From a virus (Duplodnaviria > Heunggongvirae > Uroviricota > Caudoviricetes), in the IMG/VR virus record IMGVR_UViG_2695420698_000002: a stretch of DNA of 7,700 nt, one strand, 5' to 3'. Positions 1 through 6,552 of this stretch are shown here, one piece after another; the stretch's first letter is position 1, and each line of letters begins with the position of its first letter. Made by a program: the position numbers and the translations under genes. A model generated the notes under the pieces. That model searched no databases. It was not told the origin of the DNA and was given only the letters and a program-made list of their open reading frames with translations.

Positions 1-2126
1 AACGATACCGACGCCGGATCGCCCTGCTGCCCCCACGCATTTACTGCCCGGACTGTCAGCCTGTAGTTCCCCAGCGCCAGTTGTGTGAAGCGGTAAGTGG
101 TTTCCGTCGTCCGGGCCGTGCTGACCAGCCGCTCACTGCCGTCATCCGCTGTTACGGTCAGACGGAGCAGGAAGCTCACGCCCTTCACCACCTTCGGCGT
201 GTCCCAGCGCGCCAGCACCTGATATTCCCCGCTGTCTGCGGTGACTTCGGCAGTCAGGTGCTGCACCGCTGGCGGCGTGACACCATTCACCGTGCCGCTC
301 TGGTCGCCGTCAAAGTGCGCCCCGTTATCCACGATGGCTTCTTTTTCCGGCACATGCTGCACGGCGGTGATGGCATACGTGCCGTCGTCGTTCTCACGGA
401 TACTCACGCAGCGGAACAATCGCTGGTGCAGCGTCGGCAGCTTCAGCCCCCACACGCTGTATTCAGCAACACCGTCAGGAACACGGCTCACTTTTACCTT
501 CACGCCGTCGGTGACGGACTGGACCTCCACGCTGACCGGATTCCCCTGCCCGTCAACCAGGCTTATCAGCGTGGTGCCGGAGGATGGCAGCGTGATTTCA
601 CGGTCGAGCGTCAGCGTCCGGGTCTGGCTGTTCACCGCCAGCACGCGCCCGCCGGTGCGGATACCGGCATAGTCATCATCGCAGATTTCAATGACATCGC
701 CCGGTACATGACGAAGCCCTTCAGCACCCACGCTGAAATCCACGGTCTGCGTCTCCAGCAGTTCCGTTTTAATCAGCCACAGCCCGGCGCGGTGTGCCTG
801 CCCCCGGCTGGTACAGCCAAAGGCATCCATCTTCGTGACGTTACGACCGTAACGGACAATGGCCTGCGTATCCTCCACAAGCTCTGTCGCCGTCTCCCAG
901 CCGTTATCCGGGTCAATCCAGTTCACCTCAACGGCATTATGGCGGTCTTTCAGGGCGCTGAAACTGTAGCGGAACGGCGCGCCATCATCCGGCATCACCA
1001 CATTACTGCGGTTATAGGCCCACACCTTATCCGACTGTCGGTCCTGCACGAACGTCAGCGTCTGCCCGTTCCATACCGGCATACAGCGCATCGCCGAGCA
1101 GAAATCACTGAGCACATCCCACGCCTTGCGCTGTGTGGTCAGCCAGGCATTACAGGTGATGCGCGGCTCCGTGCTGCCAAAGCCGTCCGGCACCGACTGG
1201 TCACAGTACTGGCCGATGACATACAGCGCCCATTTATCCACATCTGCCGCACCAAGACGTTTCCCCATGCCATAGCGCGGATGGGTCAGCATATCCCACA
1301 GACACCAGGCCATGTTGTTGCTGTATGCCGGTTTTAACGTTCCGTCCCAGATACCGCTGTATTGCCGCGTCTGCGGATTATAGTTCGACGGCACCTGCAG
1401 AATGCGCCCGCGAAGATGATAATTACGGCTCACCTGCTGGCTGCCGAACTGCTCCGAATCCACCTGTACGCCGACCAGTGCCGTGTTCGGGTAGCACTGT
1501 TTCACATCGATGATTTCGGTGTATGACGACCAGAGCGTTTTGTTCTGCAGCTGGTCTGTGGTGCTGTCCGGTGTCATCCTGCGCATCCGGATATTAAACG
1601 GGCGCGGCGGCAGGTTATCCACCACCACCGAGGCCAGATACTGCGAGGTGGTTTTGCCCTTAATGGTGATGTCTTTTTCCGTCACCCAGCCACCGTTACG
1701 CTGTATCTGAACCAGCAGGCGAACTTCAGACGGATTCCTGTCTCCCTTTGAGGTGGTTTCCACCAGTGCCTGTACACCGAAGGTAAAACGCAGTCGGTCA
1801 ATGTTTGCCGACGTGATGGTCCGGGTGATCGGCGTGTCATATTTCACTTCCGTACCCAGCACCGTCTCGGAGCCGGAGGATTCAAATCCCTCCGGCGGTG
1901 ACTGCTCCTGCTCACCTGCCCGGAACACCACCGTGACGCCGGAGATGTTGGTATTCCCCTCACTGTCCAGCACCGGCGTACTGTTCAGCAGCACGCTTTT
2001 TAATCCATCCACCGGACCTTCAACCGGCCCTTCGCTGATGGCATCGATCACACTCAGCAGCTGCGTGGACTTCAGGTTGTCCTTCGCTTCGCGCGGGGTA
2101 TGCCCCTTACTGCTGCCTTTACCCAT
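1..2126 (-). CDS. J: Tail-tip host-specificity / central tail fibre protein (lambda gpJ-type), N-terminal ~708 codons; 3' end beyond window start
   Basis: Minus-strand ATG at 2126 (plus 'cat' 2124-2126) encodes MGKGSSKGHTPREAKDNLKSTQ. The ORF track lists no minus-strand ORF anywhere in 1-2186, consistent with this frame staying open to the window edge. My own translation of the reverse complement gives PAYSNNMAWCLWDMLTHPRYGMG (~1270-1340) and LTVRAVNAWGQQGDPASVSF (1-59), both matching lambda gpJ as I recall it. gpJ is 1132 aa, so the receptor-binding C-terminus is outside the window. Confidence 0.9.
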   Translation of the reverse strand, partial: MGKGSSKGHTPREAKDNLKSTQLLSVIDAISEGPVEGPVDGLKSVLLNSTPVLDSEGNTNISGVTVVFRAGEQEQSPPEGFESSGSETVLGTEVKYDTPITRTITSANIDRLRFTFGVQALVETTSKGDRNPSEVRLLVQIQRNGGWVTEKDITIKGKTTSQYLASVVVDNLPPRPFNIRMRRMTPDSTTDQLQNKTLWSSYTEIIDVKQCYPNTALVGVQVDSEQFGSQQVSRNYHLRGRILQVPSNYNPQTRQYSGIWDGTLKPAYSNNMAWCLWDMLTHPRYGMGKRLGAADVDKWALYVIGQYCDQSVPDGFGSTEPRITCNAWLTTQRKAWDVLSDFCSAMRCMPVWNGQTLTFVQDRQSDKVWAYNRSNVVMPDDGAPFRYSFSALKDRHNAVEVNWIDPDNGWETATELVEDTQAIVRYGRNVTKMDAFGCTSRGQAHRAGLWLIKTELLETQTVDFSVGAEGLRHVPGDVIEICDDDYAGIRTGGRVLAVNSQTRTLTLDREITLPSSGTTLISLVDGQGNPVSVEVQSVTDGVKVKVSRVPDGVAEYSVWGLKLPTLHQRLFRCVSIRENDDGTYAITAVQHVPEKEAIVDNGAHFDGDQSGTVNGVTPPAVQHLTAEVTADSGEYQVLARWDTPKVVKGVSFLLRLTVTADDGSERLVSTARTTETTYRFTQLALGNYRLTVRAVNAWGQQGDPASVS

Positions 2127-2147
2127 TCGTCATGCTCCATAAACGAT

Positions 2148-2168
2148 AAAACCGCCCGGAGGCGATTT
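2148..2168 (-). other. Imperfect hairpin in the I'-J intergenic spacer (copy 1)
   Basis: aaaaccgcc-cgga-ggcgattt: a 4-bp perfect GC core with flanking A/T pairs and one C.A mismatch. It sits in the ~60-nt gap between the I' stop (2187-2189) and the J start (2126). Confidence 0.3.
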
Positions 2169-2186
2169 CACATAAAACATTTTGCA

Positions 2187-2898
2187 TCAGCGACCAATCA
2201 CCACAACCTGACCACCGTCCCCTTCGTCTGCCGTGCTGATCTCCTGAGATACCACACGTGACCCCACGCGCATTTCACCATACAGAACAGGCATAACATT
2301 GCCCTGGGCAACCATGTTATCCAGTGAGGAGAAATAGGTGTTCTGCTTACCGTTATCCGTTGTCTGTGTGCGGGGAGTTCTGGCTTTCGGTGCCAGCATC
2401 TGAGCCACACCGCCGAGCACCATACTGGCACCGAGAGAAAACAGAATGCCGGTCATACCACCGGCACCAATGGCAGCCCCCCATGCTGCNNNNNNNNNNN
2501 NNNNNNNNNNNNNNNNNNNNNNNNNCTGCAAGGGTGGCTCCGGCGGTAAAGAATGATCCGGCAATGGCGGCTGCTCCCAGGACAATCTGGAATACACCAC
2601 CTGACTTGGCCCCGGCGACTCTGGGAACAATATGAATCACAGCGCCGTCAGGCAGAGCCTCATGTAACTGTGCCGTTAATCCGGACGTGCTAACATCCTG
2701 CCCGGCAATACGCACCTGATACCAGCCGTCGCTCAGCTTCTGACGAAACGCAGGGAGCTGTGTGGCCATCGCCCGGATGGCTTCGGCACCCGTTTTCACA
2801 CGAAGGTCGATGCGGCGGCCAAATCGTTGCAAATCCCCGTAAAGGCAGATGCGTGCCATGCCCGGTGACGCCAGAGGGAGTGTGTGCGTCGCTGCCAT
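2187..2898 (-). CDS. I: Tail-tip assembly protein I (lambda gpI-type, 223-aa allele), interrupted by a 36-nt N run
   Basis: Start at 2898 encodes MAATHTLPLASPGMARICLYGDLQRFGRRIDL; stop is TGA (plus 'tca' 2187-2189); C-terminus is ...ISTADEGDGGQVVVIGR. The frames either side of the N run differ by one, but the flanks overlap by 4 nt (ctgc). Removing the Ns and one ctgc gives a 672-nt ORF reading ...GATLAAWGAAIGAGG..., which is contiguous gpI. Confidence 0.8.
2490..2525. other. Run of 36 N (gap or masked bases) inside I'
   Basis: Directly visible; flanked by a duplicated ctgc. Confidence 0.99.
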
Positions 2899-3422
2899 TT
2901 GTCGGTATACCTCTCTCGTTTGCTCAGTTGTTCAGGAATATGGTGCAGCAGCTCGCCGTCACCACAGTAAATGGCGGCATGATTCGGCACCGATGAACCA
3001 AAACAGCACAGCAGCACATCGCCCGGCTGCGCCGCTGACAACGGCACCTGATACAGCCCTGTGGCCTCCAGATTATCCAGATAGAGATTCTGACCGTGAC
3101 GCCACCAGTCATCCTCACGATGAAAATCCGGCATCTCAATCCCCGCCAGATGGTAAGCATCCCGGAACAGCGTGTAACAGTCCGTCACCCCGTGCTCAAA
3201 GCGCCGCCCGGTAAGATGTGGCACACAGCGGAACTTGTGAATCGCCCCCCGGCAGACCAGCCACCACGGCAAATCACTCTGCACCTGCAGCCGCCGGTCG
3301 GCCTCACTCAGCCAGGGCAGACCACCGGGGTGGCTGTGGACCAGTGCCACAATCTCACCCTGCATCTCTGCCTGCAGCCAGTCTTCCGGCGACATACGGA
3401 AATACGCCTCCGGCTCACCGGA
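2796..3422 (-). pseudogene. K: Tail-tip assembly protein K (gpK-type, MPN/JAMM + NlpC/P60), C-terminal ~208 codons, fused in frame to a J N-terminal fragment
   Basis: Lower part of the 334-aa ORF 2796..3800. After the X it reads SGEPEAYFRMSPEDWL...HSHPGGLPWLSEAD...GVTDCYTLFRDAYHLAG...ASTFV, which is collinear with residues ~40-247 of the full K copy at 4400..5143. Its 3' end overlaps the I' start, as in the intact copy. Confidence 0.75.
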
Positions 3423-3423
3423 N
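3423..3423. other. Single ambiguous base (N) at the J-fragment / K-fragment junction
   Basis: 'ccggaNgaggtggtttcc': the left flank matches K (ccggagatatt at ~5030) and the right flank matches J (gaggtggtttcc at ~1750). Confidence 0.95.
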
Positions 3424-3800
3424 GAGGTGGTTTCCACCAGTGCCTGCACACCGAAGGTCAGGCGCAGACGGTCGATGTTTGCCGACGTGATGGTCCGGGT
3501 GATCGGCGTGTCATATTTCACTTCCGTACCCAGCACCGTCTCGGAGCCGGAGGATTCAAAACCCTCCGGCGGTGTCTGCTCCTGCTCACCTGCACGGAAC
3601 ACCACCGTAACACCGGAAAAGTTTGTCTTCCCCTCGCTGTCCAGGACCGGCGTACCGTTCAGCAGCACGCTTTTTAATCCATCCACCGGACCGTCAACCG
3701 GCCCTTCGCTGATGGCATCAATCACACTCAGCAACTGCGTGGATTTCAGGTTGTCCTTCGCTTCGCGCGGGGTATGCCCCTTACTGCTGCCTTTACCCAT
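3424..3800 (-). pseudogene. J: Host-specificity protein J, N-terminal ~126-codon fragment (second, diverged copy)
   Basis: ATG at 3800 encodes MGKGSSKGHTPREAKDNLKSTQLLSVIDAISEGP...RLRLTFGVQALVETT, then switches to K sequence at the N at 3423. It differs from the copy at 1750-2126 by several substitutions, seen in the paired antisense ORFs 1753..2142 and 3427..3816. Confidence 0.75.
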
Positions 3801-3822
3801 TCCTCACGCTCCATAAACGACA

Positions 3823-3842
3823 AAACCGCCCGCAGGCGGTTT
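3823..3842 (-). other. Perfect 8-bp hairpin in the I-J intergenic spacer (copy 2)
   Basis: aaaccgcc-cgca-ggcggttt. On the sense (minus) strand it is followed by TTTTGTCGTTT and lies ~20 nt upstream of the J-fragment ATG. Possible RNA structure or weak attenuator; function not established. Confidence 0.35.
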
Positions 3843-3860
3843 CACATAAAACATTTTGCA

Positions 3861-4502
3861 TCAGCGACCAATCACCACAACCTGACCACCATCCCCTTCG
3901 TCTGCCGTGCTGATCTCCTGAGAAACCACACGTGACCCCACGCGCATTTCACCGTACAGAACGGGCAGAACATTGCCCTGGGCAACCATGTTATCCAGTG
4001 ACGAGAAATACGTGTTCTGCTTACCGTTATCCGTTGTCTGTGTACGGGGAGTTCTGGCTTTCGGTGCCAGCATCTGTGCAACACCGCCAAGCGTCATACT
4101 GGCACCGAGAGAAAACAGCAGATTACTCGCCATAATTCCTACCCCCGGCATCCATATAGCAACCGCCATAACAGCCGCCCCCAGCACCGCCTGAAACACA
4201 CCGCCACTTTTAGCTCCCACCAGACGCGGTACTATGTGGATCACTGCACCATTTGCCAGCGGCTCATTAAGACGGGCAGACAATTCGGTTTCACCTGCAT
4301 CACGCCCGGCAATGCGCACCTGATACCAGCCGTCACTCAGTTTCTGACGAAACGCCGGGAGCTGTGTGGCCAGTGCCCGGATGGCTTCAGCCCCCGTTTT
4401 CACACGAAGGTCGATGCGGCGACCAAATCGTTGTAAATCCCCGTAAAGGCAGATGCGCGCCATGCCCGGTGACGCCAGAGGGAGTGTGTGCGTCGCTGCC
4501 AT
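3861..4502 (-). CDS. I: Tail-tip assembly protein I (gpI-type), 213-aa allele
   Basis: Complete ORF from MAATHTLPLASPGMARICLYGDLQRFGRRIDL to ...ISTADEGDGGQVVVIGR. It is 10 aa shorter than the I' allele, with the difference in the hydrophobic Gly/Ala-rich central segment. Confidence 0.9.
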   Translation of the reverse strand: MAATHTLPLASPGMARICLYGDLQRFGRRIDLRVKTGAEAIRALATQLPAFRQKLSDGWYQVRIAGRDAGETELSARLNEPLANGAVIHIVPRLVGAKSGGVFQAVLGAAVMAVAIWMPGVGIMASNLLFSLGASMTLGGVAQMLAPKARTPRTQTTDNGKQNTYFSSLDNMVAQGNVLPVLYGEMRVGSRVVSQEISTADEGDGGQVVVIGR

Positions 4503-5143
4503 TTGTCGGTGTACCTCTCTCGTTTGCTCAGTTGTTCAGGAATATGGTGCAGCAGCTCGCCGTCACCACAGTAAATGGCGGCATGATTCGGCACCGATGA
4601 ACCAAAACAGCACAGCAGCACATCGCCCGGCTGTGCCTCTGTCAGTGCGACACGGTAAAAACCCGTCACCTCCATATTGTCAAGATAGAGATTCTGACCG
4701 TTACGCCACCAGTCATCCCCGCGATGAAAATCCGGCATCTCAATCCCTGCCAGATGATAAGCATCCCGGAACAGCGTGTAACAGTCCGTCACCCCGTGCT
4801 CAAAGCGCCGCCCGGTGAGATGCGGCACACAGCGGAACTTGTGAATCGCCCCCCGGCAGACCAGCCACCACGGCAAATCACTCTGCACCTGCAGCCGCCG
4901 GTCGGCCTCACTCAGCCAGGGCAGACCACCGGGGTGGCTGTGGACCAGTGCCACAATCTCACCCTGCATCTCTGCCTGCAGCCAGTCTTCCGGCGACATA
5001 CGGAAATACGCCTCCGGCTCACCGGAGATATTCACGCAGGGGAAATATCTTTCCCCCTCCGGCGTTCTTACCACGAAGCCGCACGACTCCGCTGGAGCAC
5101 ATCGCCGGGCGTGCGCCAGAATCGCTGATTCTGTCTCTGTCAT
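4400..5143 (-). CDS. K: Tail-tip assembly protein K (gpK-type), 247-codon ORF with MPN/JAMM motif and NlpC/P60-like Cys/His region
   Basis: Starts MTQTESAILAHARRCAPAESCGFVV. JAMM signature H-x-H-x7-S-x2-D is present as HSHPGGLPWLSEAD (residues ~68-81). Cys/His-containing region GVTDCYTLFRDAYH...HAAIYCGDGELLHH follows. The ATG lies 5 nt downstream of the L' stop. The ORF overlaps the I start by ~103 nt in another frame. Confidence 0.9.
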   Translation of the reverse strand: MTETESAILAHARRCAPAESCGFVVRTPEGERYFPCVNISGEPEAYFRMSPEDWLQAEMQGEIVALVHSHPGGLPWLSEADRRLQVQSDLPWWLVCRGAIHKFRCVPHLTGRRFEHGVTDCYTLFRDAYHLAGIEMPDFHRGDDWWRNGQNLYLDNMEVTGFYRVALTEAQPGDVLLCCFGSSVPNHAAIYCGDGELLHHIPEQLSKRERYTDKWQRRTHSLWRHRAWRASAFTGIYNDLVAASTFV

Positions 5144-5148
5144 GGGAT

Positions 5149-5847
5149 TTACTGCGAAAGTTTGTTAATGGAAAGGAAGCCGCCAAAGTTGCCGACGTTA
5201 TTGCGAAACTTACAGCCACTCAGGCATTTGCTGCATTTATCCTTCGTGATGTCGGACGTTGGCTGGTCATATTCATCCGCGACCGCCGGACCGTGATAAC
5301 CGCACTCATCGCCGCGATAGGTCCAGGTGCAGGTGTTGGCCAGCATGATACGTCCCGGAAAAACAGCGCCATCTGTTTCCGTCGGCGTGGACAGTACAAA
5401 AGAGGCACTCACCGCGCTCAGTTCGCTGCACTGCTCAATGCGCCAGCGGCTGATCACCTCCTGCTCCGGATCGGCGTCACTGTTTCCGTTGACGAAGTTC
5501 ACCGCATCCAGAAAACGGGCGTAAACCTTACGCCGGACCACCGTTCCGCCGACCAGACTCTGTAGATCTTCCGCCATCCCGGTGACCATACCGTACAGGT
5601 TAGAAACCATCAGCGTGGGGCGCGTACTGGTGCCTTTGCCATTCAGTTCAAAACCACTCCCCTGAATGGGATACGGCTGATACTGTCGCCCCTGCCAGGT
5701 GACCGGCTCACCTTTTTCGTTCTGCTCATTACAGAAAAAATAACGTTCTCCACCGACCTCTGTCAGATCGATTTCCCAGAGCACCACGCTGGCCGACTGC
5801 TCCGCACGGGTGCATTCATTCAGTGTTTCCTGCCGGATATCCTGCAT
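5149..5847 (-). CDS. L: Tail-tip assembly protein L (lambda gpL-type), 232 aa
   Basis: MQDIRQETLNECTRAEQSASVVLWEIDLTEVGGERYFFCNEQNEKGEPVTWQGRQYQ...CSKCLSGC...FLSINKLSQ. Length and sequence match lambda gpL as I recall it. The C-terminal cysteine cluster is present. The start overlaps the M' stop (TGATG). Confidence 0.92.
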   Translation of the reverse strand: MQDIRQETLNECTRAEQSASVVLWEIDLTEVGGERYFFCNEQNEKGEPVTWQGRQYQPYPIQGSGFELNGKGTSTRPTLMVSNLYGMVTGMAEDLQSLVGGTVVRRKVYARFLDAVNFVNGNSDADPEQEVISRWRIEQCSELSAVSASFVLSTPTETDGAVFPGRIMLANTCTWTYRGDECGYHGPAVADEYDQPTSDITKDKCSKCLSGCKFRNNVGNFGGFLSINKLSQ

Positions 5848-6125
5848 CAGTTCACCACCTGTTCAAACTCTGCGCTGAACTCAACACGCAGCATACTGAC
5901 CCGCGACGACCATTTTGCGCAGGTCACCTTTATCTGCCGCCACTCATAAGGCGGCGTCCACAGAAAGGCTTTCCAGCCCCCGTGCTCTTCCAGAAACGAC
6001 TCCAGTACCATGGCCTCCTCACGGGGGACAGAAAGCGTCACGCTGTACGTTTTCAGGTTGGCATTCAGCCCGGCAGGCGCTCGCTGGGAATAGCCATCAC
6101 CAAAGCGCACCTTTCTTACAGAAGG
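5847..6125 (-). pseudogene. M: Tail-tip assembly protein M, diverged allele, C-terminal ~92 codons; 5' end replaced by N run and K sequence
   Basis: PSVRKVRFGDGYSQRAPAGLNANLKTYSVTLSVPREEAMVLESFLEEHGGWKAFLWTPPYEWRQIKVTCAKWSSRVSMLRVEFSAEFEQVVN aligns collinearly with residues ~18-109 of the M at 7261..7590 (shared GDGY, TYSV, FLExHGG, WTPPY, KW, FEQVV) but with many substitutions. Stop is TGA at 5847-5849. Confidence 0.7.
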
Positions 6126-6136
6126 NNNNNNNNNNN
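6126..6136. other. Run of 11 N at the K-fragment / M'-fragment junction
   Basis: Directly visible. The right flank (ccggcatctcaatccctgcc) is K sequence, identical to ~4733-4752; the left flank is M' sequence. Confidence 0.99.
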
Positions 6137-6548
6137 CCGGCATCTCAATCCCTGCCAGATGATAAGCATCCCGGAACAGCGTGTAACAGTCCGTCACCCC
6201 GTGCTCAAAGCGCCGCCCGGTGAGATGCGGCACACAGCGGAACTTGTGAATCGCCCCCCGGCAGACCAGCCACCACGGCAAATCACTCTGCACCTGCAGC
6301 CGCCGGTCAGCCTCACTCAGCCAGGGCAGACCACCGGGATGACTGTGGACCAGCGCCACAATCTCACCCTGCATTTGTGCCCGCAGCCAGTCCTCCGGAG
6401 CCATCCGGAACCGTTCCTCCGGCTCACCGGAGATATTCTCGCTGGGAAGATACCTGTCTCCCTCCGGCGTTCTTACCACGAAGCCACACGACTCCGCTGG
6501 CGCACATCGCCGGGCGTGCGCCAGAATCGCTGATTCTGTCTGTGTCAT
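6137..6548 (-). pseudogene. K: Tail-tip assembly protein K, N-terminal ~138 codons (diverged allele), truncated at the N run and fused in frame to the M' fragment
   Basis: ATG at 6548 (plus 'cat' 6546-6548), 4 nt after the L stop. Encodes MTQTESAILAHARRCAPAESCGFVVRTPEGDRYLPSENISGEPEERFRMAPEDWLRAQMQ...HSHPGGLPWLSEAD...HLAGIEMP and then runs into the Ns. It differs from the K at 4400..5143 at several residues. Confidence 0.75.
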
Positions 6549-6552
6549 GGAT

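Noticed and set aside
81-1337. 418-aa plus-strand ORF, with nested 143-aa, 62-aa and 66-aa ORFs nearby
   Set aside because: Antisense to J. The reverse complement translates to recognisable gpJ sequence in the minus frame. Long antisense frames are expected opposite GC-rich, codon-biased genes.
1753-2142. 129-aa plus-strand ORF, with a near-identical twin at 3427..3816
   Set aside because: Both are antisense to the first ~126 codons of the two J copies. Their similarity reflects the J duplication, not a repeated small gene.
4948-5565. 205-aa plus-strand ORF, with similar ORFs at 5823..6533 and 6547..7200
   Set aside because: Antisense to L' and K, to K and M', and to L respectively. No independent start context or motifs, and they are fully explained by the minus-strand genes.
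2796-6548. Possible CRISPR array or insertion sequence, suggested by the repeated blocks
   Set aside because: The repeats are kilobase-scale diverged gene copies, not short direct repeats with unique spacers. No transposase-like ORF or terminal inverted repeats were seen.
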